Source of the DNA: an uncultured delta proteobacterium
Lineage (GTDB): Bacteria > Myxococcota_A > Polyangia > Polyangiales > JAFGIB01
Length of the DNA: 64,000 nt
Direction: 5' to 3'
NCBI GenBank assembly: GCA_963778655.1
Contig: CAVZVA010000011.1
Location: forward strand, 64,001 to 128,000
Under the pieces are notes generated by a model. The model was not told where the DNA came from. It was given only the letters and a program-made list of their open reading frames with translations, and did no database searches. Numbering within the stretch: the stretch's first letter is position 1; each line of letters begins with the position of its first letter. Below are positions 39,048 through 49,448 of the stretch, piece by piece. A program made the position numbers and the translations under genes.

Positions 39048-39305
39048 CGACCGGCCATTCGATGCGCTCGGGCACCCTTTGTCAACGAACGCCGCTCGCC
39101 CTTCGGCGAGCGGCGGCCGCCGCAGGCGACGGGTGGAAGGGTTACACTCTCGGGCGCGGCCCACCTCCGCCGTGCGGGGATCCCAGATGCGGGTGTCCGT
39201 GTTCACGTCTGGCGACGATGATCAAGCGCGCCAGGAACCTGCTGCGAGTCGTGCGAGCCCGGCCTGGCGACAGTGGCCCCGGAACGTCTGATAGCTCATC
39301 GAGAG

Positions 39306-39965
39306 GCGCACGACCCGCACTTCCTCCAGGCTGTCGATCCACTCGGGCGCACGTGTGTAGTCGAACAGCACACTGGCAACGCGAACGATCTCCGCATTGA
39401 CGATGCCTTCGCCCAACAGGTCGATGATCTCGCTGCCCGGAACCTCGCACTTGAAGGTGATGATCCCGTGGCCGGAGCTGGTCTCGAGAAGTGACGTGCT
39501 GTTCTGTGCGCCACAGCTTGGGAGGGCGTCCATGACATGCTCGGCCCGCTCGAGTTCATCGAGTACGATCACATCGGCACGCCTCCCACCATCATGAAGG
39601 ACCGCGATTTTGTCTGCCACGGCAAGCTCTGGCTCGATCTCAACGAGCGGAGCCTGGTGATGACGATCGAGCCCGCCGCCGATCCGAAGCTGCCGCCGAC
39701 CCGTTACGTCCGGGGCGAGCTTCGCGGCTACTGGAAGCTCAAAGCGATGGACGGCAGACGAAGGACGTTCGTGATCGCGGAGATGCACGGAGATCCCAAG
39801 GGATCGGTCCCCAAGTGGTTGGTCAACCTCTTTCAAGAGGGCTGGGCGCGCAACACGATCGAGAGCTTGCGCACACAAGTGGCCAAGCCGGACATTTACG
39901 TGATGCCGCAGGTGCAGGCGGCCTTCGACGGCAAGCCGATCGCGTTCGCCGCCAAGTCGAAGTGA
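39306..39965. pseudogene. START-domain lipid-binding protein split into oppositely oriented halves
   Basis: Minus strand: GIITFKCEVPGS...EWIDSLEEVRVVR. Plus strand: LGPLEFIEYDH..TP...KDRDFV...DPKGSVPKWLVN. Confidence 0.75.
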
Positions 39966-40079
39966 GCGCGGCCGCGGCGAAGGGCGCGCACTTCTGATCG
40001 AGCACCAGCAACGCGCCGCCGGTGCCACTACGCGGCATCCGTCTCGCCTGTCACCTCCGACCGAACTATGCAAGTATCG

Positions 40080-40426
40080 AGGACCGTCCCTCGTGTTCCG
40101 TCCTCGTGTTCCAGCAGAAGATCGGCTCCGGCAAGCAGCAGATCTGGATCGCCGCCATCGACATGGCCAAGCTCGGCAGTGGCGATGACCCGAGCTACCC
40201 GGCATTTCGCGTGCCATTCATGGAGCTGAGCGAGGACTGCCACCGCCCGTTCTGGGCGCTGGACGCGCTGTCGGACTGCGGCACCGGCGGCATGGGCGGC
40301 ACCGGCGGCGGTCCCCAGTGCGTGAATCTGGCGGGCGACTGCACCAGCGGTCTGTGCTGCAGCGGCCTCGAGTGCACGTACATCCCGAATGACGACAGCT
40401 TCGTGTGCGAGGTGCCGCTGGGCTGA
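40080..40426 (+). pseudogene. C-terminal fragment of a TolB-like myxobacterial lipoprotein
   Basis: QQIWIAAID......DPSYPAFRVPF......HRPFW followed by a Cys-rich tail; N-terminus missing. Confidence 0.55.
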
Positions 40427-40459
40427 GGCTCGCGCCGGCGCCCACCACCCGACACGTGG

Positions 40460-40990
40460 TCAGACGCGCGCGGCACGCCCGCCGACACTGCGCGCCATCG
40501 GCTTGCTCGGCGCAGCGATGTAGGGAGGGAGCTGCCACCGCTCGTCGCTCAAGATGGCCCTGCGCCGCGCGCGCTCGAGCAGCAGCCTGTCCACGCTCAG
40601 CCGCCTCCCGCCGCCGGTGGCCAACAGCGCGAGCGCAATCGCCGCGAGCAGCAGCGGGGACTCGAAGCCACCATCGCGCGCGAACAGGCCGTGCAGCCGC
40701 AGCGCGGCGATCCCGAGCGGCGCCACGCACAGCAAGCTCAGCGCCGAGAGCCGCGTCAGCCAGCCCATCGCAAGCGCGAGCCCGACGAAGAGGGCGCCGG
40801 CAACCGAGATCGGCGCCACCACCTCCGGCGCCGGCACGCCGAGTTGTGCCAAGCTCGCCTCCCAACCTCCGAGGTCCTGGAGCTCTCGCCAGCCGTGGGC
40901 GGCGACGACCAAGCCGGTGATCAGCCGCAACGCCGCCATCGCCAGCGTCACCTGCACTGGCGGTGGCTCTTCGAACGCGATGTTTCTCAT
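40460..40990 (-). CDS. DoxX family membrane protein
   Basis: LRLITGL..AAHG, G.P.P, LTRLSAL, GGFE.PLLL and GGG.RLSVD motifs; GGAGG RBS. Confidence 0.85.
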   Translation of the reverse strand: MRNIAFEEPPPVQVTLAMAALRLITGLVVAAHGWRELQDLGGWEASLAQLGVPAPEVVAPISVAGALFVGLALAMGWLTRLSALSLLCVAPLGIAALRLHGLFARDGGFESPLLLAAIALALLATGGGRRLSVDRLLLERARRRAILSDERWQLPPYIAAPSKPMARSVGGRAARV

Positions 40991-41232
40991 GACGGCTCCT
41001 CCCGTGTGATGGATTCGCACATGAGGTCTCTCCTCGCCGGGCACATCCCCCAAATTTTTCACGGCCAGAGAAACGGTTCCCCTGAGAATTTCGGATCGTA
41101 ATCGGGCTGCGATCGTGCGATTTCGTTCACACCATGTTTCGAGCACAAATTTCGATCACACCGATGCAAGTTGCTCGCTACGGTCATGTGTCGACTTCGA
41201 AACCTCACCGCGGTCCGAGTCCCGCGTCCCCC

Positions 41233-41613
41233 CTACGTCGGCGTGCCGGCGCTTGCGCAGTCCGGCTGCACGGCCGCCAGGAGCGAGGCGAGATCGATCG
41301 GCTTCCTGAGCAGTCCTGCCACGTCGAGGCCATGAATCTCTCGTCTCGCGCTCATCGCGATAACCGGTACCGTCGCGATGGTCTCGTCGGCAACCTGCCG
41401 CTCGCGAAACTGCCAGCCGTCGACGACCGGCATCATCAGATCGAGCAAGATCACTTCGGGCAGCGGCCGCATCGCGCGCGGGACCCGCAGCGCCTCGCCT
41501 CCGTGAGAGGCCCAGCCGACGCGATAGCCCGCGCTCTGGAGGCTCTCGACCACGGCCTCGCGCACGCCGGCGTGGTCCTCGACGACCAGGATTTGGATGC
41601 GTTCGGAGCTCAA
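41233..41613 (-). CDS. Single-domain response regulator (receiver)
   Basis: ILVVED, ILLDLMMPVVDG, IAMSA and LRKP motifs. Confidence 0.88.
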   Translation of the reverse strand: MSSERIQILVVEDHAGVREAVVESLQSAGYRVGWASHGGEALRVPRAMRPLPEVILLDLMMPVVDGWQFRERQVADETIATVPVIAMSARREIHGLDVAGLLRKPIDLASLLAAVQPDCASAGTPT

Positions 41614-42283
41614 GCTCGATCCTCCGCGGTGCCCCCCGGCGGCTGGTACGGCAGCTCGACGGTGAACGCGGAGCCCTCACCCGGCCGGCTATCGACCACG
41701 ATGCTGCCGCCGTGTGCGCTGACGATTTGCCGCGCGATGAACAAGCCGAGGCCGAGACCACCGTAGTGGCGCGAGGAGACCGCCCGCTCGAAGCGCTCGA
41801 ATACTCGGGCGAGCTCCTCCTCGGCGATGCCGATGCCGTGGTCCTGCACGCGCAGCGCCACCGACTCCCCGCGATCGCTGATGCGAACCAGTACCGGAGC
41901 ACCCTTGCCGTACTTGAGCGCGTTCACCAATAAGTTCGTATACACCTGCTCGATGCGAAACCTATCCCACTTGCCCGCGGCCGTCTCGTGAGCTGCAGGA
42001 CCATCGCGCTGAGCGGCGTCTTGAGCTCGTGCGATGCGATCGACAGAAACTCGTCGCGGACCCGGACTGCCTCGGCGAGCTCCGCCGTGCGTTCCTGCAC
42101 CTGCCGCTCGAGCTCGTCGTGAACCACCCTCAGCGCGCGAGCCGCGTTCAAACGCTCGGTCACGTCGCGGATGGCGACGGCCACCACCGTCCCGTGGCGC
42201 GTTGCAATCGGGCTCAAGCTGATCTCGGCCGCGAATTCCGAGCCGTCCTTGCGCAGCGCGCGCAGATCGAGACCCGACCCCAT
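41610..42283 (-). pseudogene. PAS-histidine kinase with an internal deletion and missing N-terminus
   Basis: [14 protein letters not shown] (PAC) and [14 protein letters not shown] (HisKA), then a jump in another frame to [20 protein letters not shown]...GLGLGLFI (HATPase). Confidence 0.8.
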
Positions 42284-42956
42284 CGGACGTGGCTGCGGCT
42301 GCAGCAGATAGCTCAGCGCAGTTCAGCTTGACGACCCGGTTGCCAACCGGCTTCCGCGGTCAGGCACTCGAGACCGCGCCGCGCGCGCTGCTGCACCTGG
42401 GTCAGGCCGAGCAGCGCATCGCCGTGCCCGAAGCGGCGGTGCGACAGGGGCAGACGATCGTGGCGCGCTGATCGCGGCCACCGCGCGCGCTCAGGGCATG
42501 GCGCGGTACGCGAAGGCCACGCCCGTGCCCTCGCTCACGTACCGCGAGCAGCAGTCGGGCAAGCCGCCCGTCTGCACCGGCGTGCCACAGCCCTGCGATA
42601 GGCAGCTCTGGAACTGCAGGAACATGCCGTCGCCCAGGCCGGTCGTCCGTCAGTGCCTACGGTCCAAGTGGGAGGAGTGCGAGGAGGCTCGAGACCTGGC
42701 GCTCATCGGCCGGGCTCATAAGCCCGGCCACGCGGCTGAAACCGAGAGAGTCGAACGCCTCTTTGTCCTCGTCGCCTCCGCAAACCATCCGGCAGCACGC
42801 GCCCGTTGGCCCCGCGCTGGACTGGTCGGGACTGGGCCCCGCCGGCCAAGATTTGCGCCACCGCGCCAGACCCGAGGCACCAGCGCACGCAGCGCAGTCT
42901 CTCGGTATCGCCGACCGCCTGCCGAGGACCGGCGTCGCGTTCACAGACGAGACGCC

Positions 42957-43514
42957 TTAGTCGTCGCGGTCGCTTCCGTTGGTGTTCAGGCGGCTCAGCA
43001 GGCCGAAATCGGGACACGCCGCGAGGATGAGGTTGATCCCCATGCTCTGCTCGGCAAGGCACGTACTGGAGGGCGCACCACACACCGCGAGCTTGTCGGT
43101 GTCGCACGCCGCAGCCTCGGTACACTCAGCTGCTTGCTCGAGATAGTCCATGAAACACCGCATGGCGGCGCGCGAGGCGGCGCTGTCCTGGTCCGCGAGC
43201 GCCTTCACCGCGCATTGCGCCCAGTCCGGACCCGACTGCGCGAGGTCGAGGCACTCCTGCTCGGTCTTGTAGGCGCCCGATGCGACCTGGCAGGGGCAAA
43301 TCGCTCGCACGCGGCGATCGTACAGCTCGACATCCGCTTGCAGCAGCGTGCTCAGTGTCGGCCCGCCGGCGTCCGCGCTGGCCATGGCGTCAGTCTCGCG
43401 TGCGCGGTCTACCGCCGCGTCGCGCATCCCGCGCGCATCGTCACCGCAAGCGCACAGCAAGCAGAGCGCGAGCAAGGCGATTGCCCTTTTGTGCAGCGCG
43501 AATCTCTGCATCAC
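42957..43514 (-). CDS. Cys-rich lipoprotein
   Basis: LLCACG lipobox and spaced Cys residues. Confidence 0.7.
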   Translation of the reverse strand: MMQRFALHKRAIALLALCLLCACGDDARGMRDAAVDRARETDAMASADAGGPTLSTLLQADVELYDRRVRAICPCQVASGAYKTEQECLDLAQSGPDWAQCAVKALADQDSAASRAAMRCFMDYLEQAAECTEAAACDTDKLAVCGAPSSTCLAEQSMGINLILAACPDFGLLSRLNTNGSDRDD

Positions 43515-43749
43515 GGCCTAATACCAAGCACCGAGGGACAAATCCAGAGCGGTGCTGCGCCACGCTCGACGACATAGCAGACGATCGGGGACGCCCGGTG
43601 CTGGCCACGGCTAATCGGGCTCAGCCGGCGAGCCCGCCGGCGAGCGAGTCCACGCGCGCGAGCCACGCGCCGAGCGTGGGGCGTGCTGCGACCTCGGCTT
43701 CGAGCCAGGGGTCGGTGCCGGCGAGGCGGCGGTGGAATTGCCCGAAGAG

Positions 43750-43842
43750 GAGCGTAGGCGCCACAACCCCCCTAGCCAAGCAAGCCCACTTCCAGCGTGC
43801 GTGACACAATGCACCTTCTGCGCAATGGACCCCGCGCGGCGG
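43750..43842 (+). repeat. 93-bp direct repeat, copy 1
   Basis: 4 mismatches to 45772-45864. Confidence 0.9.
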
Positions 43843-43909
43843 CCTCGCCCCGCCCAACCGCAAGGCCCGCCGCAGCTGTGCCGTTCTGCAGCAGCACGCC
43901 GACAAGCGG

Positions 43910-44380
43910 CTGGCCACGCTGGGTCAAACACGCCAACGCCCGCCGCGGTCCCTACCAGCCCGAGCTCGGGCTGCACGACGCCAAGCGCTGTGCTCGAGGA
44001 CTGATCGGCAGCGCCCTGGCCCGAGCCCAGAAGCGCCACAAAGTCCAGCTTTCGCCCTGGTCGTAATGAGCAACCACGTACACCCGGTCGTCAGGACCAA
44101 GCACAAGAACCTCGCGGAGCTCATGGGCTACTTCAAAGCGCGCGTGGCCGAGTCCATCAACGCGCTCACCGCCAAGCGCGGCCCGCTGTGAACACGCCGC
44201 TACGACGCCCAGCCCATCGTCGATGACCAGGGCGCCGCCGAGCGCGTCGGTTACAGCTTCGACAACCCGTCCAAGGCCAACCTCGTGGCAGACCCCGAGC
44301 AGTGGCCGGGCCTTAACCTTGCGTTCGGGGTCGGCGACGCCAACGTGCTGCCGTTCGAGTTCCTCAACCGCACCGCCTGA
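43910..44380 (+). pseudogene. RAYT/TnpA(Y1) HUH transposase pseudogene
   Basis: FALVVMSNHVH (HUH), RGPL*TRRY and Y..DNPSKANLV.DPEQWPG; frameshift near 44050 and in-frame TGA at 44189. Confidence 0.8.
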
Positions 44381-44441
44381 CGGAGCGCAGCTGCACTAGG
44401 TGTTCGATCGCCACTTCCCAGCCAAAACCGCCACATCGATC

Positions 44442-44561
44442 GGCACGGGTCTCGGCTTGTACATCAACACAAGCATCATCCACAGCCACGGCGGCAAGCT
44501 CTGGGTGGAAAGCGAGCTCGACCACGGCAGCACGTTTGCCTTCACGCTCAAAGAGAGTTAG
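44442..44561 (+). pseudogene. Histidine kinase HATPase C-terminal fragment
   Basis: GTGLGLYI..SII.SHGGKLWVESE...GSTFAFTL then stop. Confidence 0.75.
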
Positions 44562-44775
44562 TAGACAAGGGTCACGCGGCCGTTCGATCACGTTGCCTGA
44601 GCCGGAGACCCGTCCGCGAACGCCGCCTCGATGGACGGGTCTCAGAGTGGTCGCTCGAATGCGTGAGCCACATGCGAAGCCAGGTGACCGCACAAGCCAG
44701 TGCGCGCGCAGGCAGGCTAGCTTGCGGCGCCGCGATCGGGTACGGTCAGCGTGCATTGCTTAGTGGGTAAATTGC

Positions 44776-45771
44776 ATGGCGCGTTATTCGTTTCTGATTG
44801 CCGTTTTTGTGTGCGGTTGCGGCGCTGGCGACGCCCCATCTGGTCGTTCATCAGCACTAACTCCGGCGACCGATCGCCCAGCTGCCATGGCCGGCGCGCC
44901 TGCTGGACCGTCGGGTGTCGTCGGCAATGACTTCGGTAACGCGAGCGCTGCACCGGTCCAGCCTCTCGTTCCGAAGCACGCGTCCGCCAACTGCAATAAG
45001 GACGTCGACATCCTGTTCGTGCTTGATGTATCCGGCAGCATGATCCCGCCGCTGACGACGCTCAAACGCGAGTCGAGCCTGGTCGACGATGCGTTGAACG
45101 CGAAAGCACTGCCTTCGCCGCAGCACTACGGATTGGTGGTGTTCGTGGACGACGTGCAGATGATGAATGCAGGCATGCCCTACGCAAGCGTCGACGCGCT
45201 CCAGGCCGAGCTCGCGAACCAGATCGACATGACCAACGCAAATCCATCGCGGCAGCTGGACGGCACGCCCAACAACCTCACGTGGCCGGAAAACAGCCTG
45301 GATGCGCTGTACGCCGGGGCGACGCAGTTCCAGTGGCGGCCCGTGGAATCCACGCTGCGCACGATCATCCTCATCACCGACGCGTCATTCTGGGACCTGA
45401 CCGAGCCGTCCAGCGGCAGCGACGTCGAGGCCAACCCCGGGCTGTTCCCAGAACAGGCCAGCATGCACGGCTACGACGAGACGGTCGTCGCTCTTCGATC
45501 GCAGATGATCTGGGTCAACACGTTCACGGCGAAGACCGGCGGGCCGCCGGACGGGATGCCTTCGCCGCCATCGCACGGCACCTTCCGCGGCACGAGCGTC
45601 GATGTCGGCATCGGCTTCTTCGAGCCCTATAAGGGCAAGCCCTCGATCCCAGACGCCACCGGTGGGTTCGCTTGGGATATCGACGACGTCTTCGATGGCA
45701 AGATCTCGCTCGCAACGCCGATCAATCAGTCGATCGAGGTGCACCAGTGCGCCACCTATCCTGTTGAATGA
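44776..45771 (+). CDS. vWA-domain lipoprotein
   Basis: VCGC lipobox; DILFVLDVSGSM MIDAS motif; PENSLDAL and IILITDA. Confidence 0.85.
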   Translation: MARYSFLIAVFVCGCGAGDAPSGRSSALTPATDRPAAMAGAPAGPSGVVGNDFGNASAAPVQPLVPKHASANCNKDVDILFVLDVSGSMIPPLTTLKRESSLVDDALNAKALPSPQHYGLVVFVDDVQMMNAGMPYASVDALQAELANQIDMTNANPSRQLDGTPNNLTWPENSLDALYAGATQFQWRPVESTLRTIILITDASFWDLTEPSSGSDVEANPGLFPEQASMHGYDETVVALRSQMIWVNTFTAKTGGPPDGMPSPPSHGTFRGTSVDVGIGFFEPYKGKPSIPDATGGFAWDIDDVFDGKISLATPINQSIEVHQCATYPVE

Positions 45772-45864
45772 GAGCGTAGGCGCCACACCCCCCCTAGCCA
45801 AGCAAGCCCACTTCCTGCGTGCGTGACACAATGCGCCTTCTGCGCAATGGACCCCACGCGGCGG
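45772..45864 (+). repeat. 93-bp direct repeat, copy 2
   Basis: Starts immediately after the vWA stop codon. Confidence 0.9.
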
Positions 45865-45995
45865 GCCCGCGTTGCAGACGGCGCAGAGCGCCGCGTCAAA
45901 GTCGGAGAAGTCGGAGGTCGCCGCCGCAGACGGGACGGACATAACTATTTCACTGACGAGCGCAATCGCGAAGACAGTTGGCCGATACACCGGAC

Positions 45996-46062
45996 ATGCC
46001 TCGTGTCAAACAGCGCCACGTACCGGATACCGTTGCACATATCATCGTTCGCTTCGTCGACG
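45996..46062 (+). pseudogene. 5' stub of a RAYT-like gene (paralog of 50340)
   Basis: MPRVKQRHVPDTVAHIIVRFVD versus MSRVKRRHVPDTVVHIIVRFVD. Confidence 0.8.
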
Positions 46063-46204
46063 CCCAAACCAGTCTCGGTGAGTCAGGTGGACAGCTGTGG
46101 ACAGCACGTCCGGTGCCTTCGAGGCAACGCCGGTTGCGGGGCTCGGGGCTCCGGGCCACAATTGGAACCTTGATCCGGCGTCCAAGACGGGATGGACGGT
46201 TTTG

Positions 46205-46750
46205 ATGAACGGGGCGCGTGGCGCGGTCACGACAACAAGAGCAATCCTCCTTTCCGTGGGGTGCTCTCTCTTGCTGGCTTGTCGAGCGGAGAGCAACATC
46301 GCGCGTGCCACCGACGGTGGCGCGCCCGTGAAAGCGAGCCGTTCGAACGATGGTGGGTCTCCGGCCAGCAGCGAGTCGCCGATCGATGCTGCTTCTGCGG
46401 AGGTCCCCCTCTGCGTGACAGGCACGCCCGACCCGTGCCCAGCGGACGCGGACATCCAAGCTCCGAGCTACGACGCAACATGCCAAACGGACGCCGACTG
46501 TACCGTCGTGACCGACCCCAACTACGCCTGCCGGCCGTGCCGTGTTTGCGCACCGCGGATTGCCATCGCCAACGCGGCGGTGCCGCAGTACGCCAGCGAT
46601 GCAACCAGGATTTCCAGGATGTATGGCTCGGACTCTCTCAATGCCGTGAGTTGTCCGGCGTGTTGTGACCCGCCCGTCGTCGCCTGCTGCCGAAACGGCC
46701 AGTGTGAAGCCGAGTCAGGCCAGTGCGTTGCGGCGGCAGGCGGCAAGTAG
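46205..46750 (+). CDS. Cys-rich lipoprotein
   Basis: LLLAC lipobox; YD.TCQTDADC.....C..C..C motif. Confidence 0.7.
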   Translation: MNGARGAVTTTRAILLSVGCSLLLACRAESNIARATDGGAPVKASRSNDGGSPASSESPIDAASAEVPLCVTGTPDPCPADADIQAPSYDATCQTDADCTVVTDPNYACRPCRVCAPRIAIANAAVPQYASDATRISRMYGSDSLNAVSCPACCDPPVVACCRNGQCEAESGQCVAAAGGK

Positions 46751-46895
46751 CTCGATCCAGTCCCGTCAGGTGGAAGCGAGCCCGACGATGCGCCGCGTTT
46801 CGGTCGCGCTGCGGCTCCCCCGGGCATAGCGGAAGTATTGCGATGATGGCCTGACCTCGGCGGCGATCGAAATGCCGCGCGTTCCCGCGACGGCG

Positions 46896-46942
46896 CTAGA
46901 GCACCGAACATATTGAAACGTGTGCGAAGTCGGGGTCATGGC
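46896..46942. mobile_element. MITE-like element, family A, truncated left end
   Basis: ctagagcaccgaacatattgaaacgtgtgcgaagtcggggtcatggc, identical to the start of copy 1. Confidence 0.85.
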
Positions 46943-47362
46943 TGACCCGCCGGCACGGCCAGCGGTGGGTTCGGTGGCAGGCATTCGGTGGTGAGGCCTT
47001 TCCCATCTGGGTCATCCGCGCTGGCGGGCTCGCGCGATGGCCGACGCTAGGCCGACCACGAGGTCGGGGTCACCGCCGTCAGAGATGGCGCGGAGCAGCG
47101 CACGCGCCCATCGAGAGTGGAAGCGAGCGCCGGCTTCCGCCGGGATTCCGATCGCGCGATCCGGGGTCGACGCCGACCTCGAAATCGTTGCGCTTCGGGA
47201 TCTTGCGACAGAAACAAGCCGCGCTATGTGCCACCAACATCACGCACCTACTGCGGCGTAGCGGAGGGACTCGATGGCGGCCAGTGAGCGGTGGGCGGCG
47301 AGCTGGCGCGCTTGCCAGCTGGCAGGCTTGCCAGCTCCAGCCGCCTTCCATAGACTCGCCCC

Positions 47363-49448
47363 ATGTTCCGCACGAACGTCCCGGCAGCCGCGCGCGCTTC
47401 CACGACCGGGCCAAGGCACTCGAGCGCCTCAAGCCGCTCTCGCTGGACCTGAAGCGGGGCGAGCCGCGCTGGCTCGCCATCATCGGCCCGCGAAGAATCG
47501 GCAAGAGCAGCCTGCTCGCGGAGGCTGCGCAGCGCTTCGGCGGCGCGACGCTCCGCTTCGTGAGCTTCGACGTGTTCGACGCCATGCCGGTCTCGTTCGA
47601 GGTCTTCCGGCGCCTGGCCGCCAAGATCCTGGACGCAGCCGTGGCCCACGACGCGGGCGCGGCCGTCTCGGTGGCGGTGGGCGACCCGCGGCGTTTCCGC
47701 GAGATTCTCGCGCGCAGCGATCGCTTCGCACGGCTCCCCGCACCGCTGCGCTCCACGCTGATCGAGCTGGCGGCGCGTCCGGCCGACGACGCGCTCGTGC
47801 GCGACACCCTCGCGCTGCCCGAGCAGCTCGCCAAGGCCCTCGGCCTGCGCTTCGTCGTCGCGATCGACGAGTTCCAGGAGCTGCTCGCCCTCGGCGGCGC
47901 GCGCGGCAGTGTCGATCGTCTGCCGCTGATGCGCAGCACCTGGCAGCGACACGAGCGCGTGGGCTACGTGATCAGCGGCTCGTCACGCACCATGCTGACG
48001 GAGCTCGTCACCTCCGAACGCTCGCCATTCTTTCAACACTTCGACGTGCTCGAGCTCGGCCCCTTCGATCGGCGCGACGCCATCGAGCTGCTCACGGGCG
48101 AGGCGCCCGCCGACCGCCCGATCGGCGTGGAGATCGCCGAGCGCGCGCATCGAGCGCTGTGCCGTCGGGGATCAGTACCTTGAAGACGCCGCCGTAAAAG
48201 CGCCCACGCCGCTTCGCACGCCTCGATCGCACTGCGCGTCGACTCCGAGAAGCACGGCCACACGAAGCGGTAGCGCGACAAGCTCGGCGTGAAGATCCAG
48301 ACACGCAGCTGTCGGCGTCGGCCTCGCTCGTCGGGTAGCGAAAAGCGCATCCAGCCCGTGTCGACTTGCAGCTCGGCGCCGGGCTCGCCGTCCTCGACCG
48401 GAACCGTCGCGCGCGTGCGGCCGAAGCCGAGCTCCTCCACTGCGAAGCGATGCAGCGTCGGGTACGGCACGTCGATGCCCGAGCGCAAGAGCAGCTTGCG
48501 CACCTTGCTCAGGCGCACGCCGTTTTGCACCTGCCGCGCGATCGTCTCGCGATGCGTCACGCACAGCGCCCACGTCGCGCCGTGCGGCCGGCCGCGCATC
48601 GTCGTCAGCTCCGCCATCACCGCCGACAGGCGCTCGTCGGTCAGCGACGACGGGCCCTCCTGCACGCGAGCGCCGTGCCGCTCGGCCAGCTCGCAGGACC
48701 GGCGCACCGTCCGGGGCGACAGCGACAGGCGCTGCGCCACCCGCTTCTTCGGCTCGCCTCCGAGCCACTGCCTGAGCACTTCCTTGACCTCGACCATCGT
48801 GACCTCCCGATAAGCCATCGCGCCTCCGGCACCGGCTGTACGCCGGCGCCGAGGGCCGCGCTGGGACTGGGTCACGCCAGGGGGCAATGGTTTTGAGAAA
48901 CCACTCACCCCCAGGGGGTCATGCTTCTGAGAAACCGCTCATCGAGGGGGCAATGATTTTGAGAACCGACACTCGAGCGGCTCGGCGATGTCGTGAGCAA
49001 GCTGGCCGACGGCCGCTATGCGATCGACGACCCCGCCCTCGCCGCATGAATCCGCTGGCGCGCGCCGGGCGGTGCCGCGGTTCCGATGAAGCTGGTCGGC
49101 AACGAAGCCGAGCTGCGCGTCGCCGAACACCTCGCGAGCCTCGGCTTCGAGCTCGTCTACCAGTCACGCGCCTCGCGCGGAGCCTTCGACCTGCTGGCGA
49201 TCCGCGGGGGCAGGCAGCTCGGCGTGCAGGTCAAGCGCAGCGCGCTGCCGCTGCGCTTCCCCAAGACCGCCTGGGCGCGCATGGCGTGCGATGCCGCGCG
49301 CTTCGGCTGGGTGTTCTGCATCGCCGCGGTCAGCCCGGAGGGCGAGGTGGCGCTGCTCGACCCGGCTCGCGCCACCAAACGCAAGGAGGTGCGCATCGGC
49401 GAAGAGGCCCGAATCGACAACTTGCTCACCTGGCTCGAGGCACGCTGA
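47363..49448 (+). pseudogene. AAA ATPase - wHTH - PD-(D/E)XK nuclease gene disrupted by IS21, a frameshift and a stop
   Basis: Walker A GPRRIGKS, Walker B IDEFQ, SGS sensor. After the IS the frame resumes as YAIDDPALAA*IRWR and runs into GNEAE...FDLLA...GVQVK (Hjc-like nuclease). Confidence 0.75.
48170..48971 (-). mobile_element. istA: IS21-family remnant: left end plus truncated istA (start 48818)
   Basis: MAYREVTMVEVKEVLR..HTH...GEPGAELQVD...SRYRFV...CE.AW.FYGGV..VLIPD. TGTC terminus at 48971 and three ggggcaatg.ttttgagaa-type subterminal repeats at 48881-48966. Confidence 0.85.

Noticed and set aside
46790..47200. Additional imperfect hairpins around the half-MITE, some resembling MITE inner arms
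   Set aside because: Pairing is imperfect and GC-rich; cannot be distinguished from chance without computation.
44189..49049. TGA at expected Trp positions in two genes, suggesting recoding
   Set aside because: Both genes also carry frameshifts or an IS insertion, and TGA terminates many intact genes here; simple G-to-A decay explains it.
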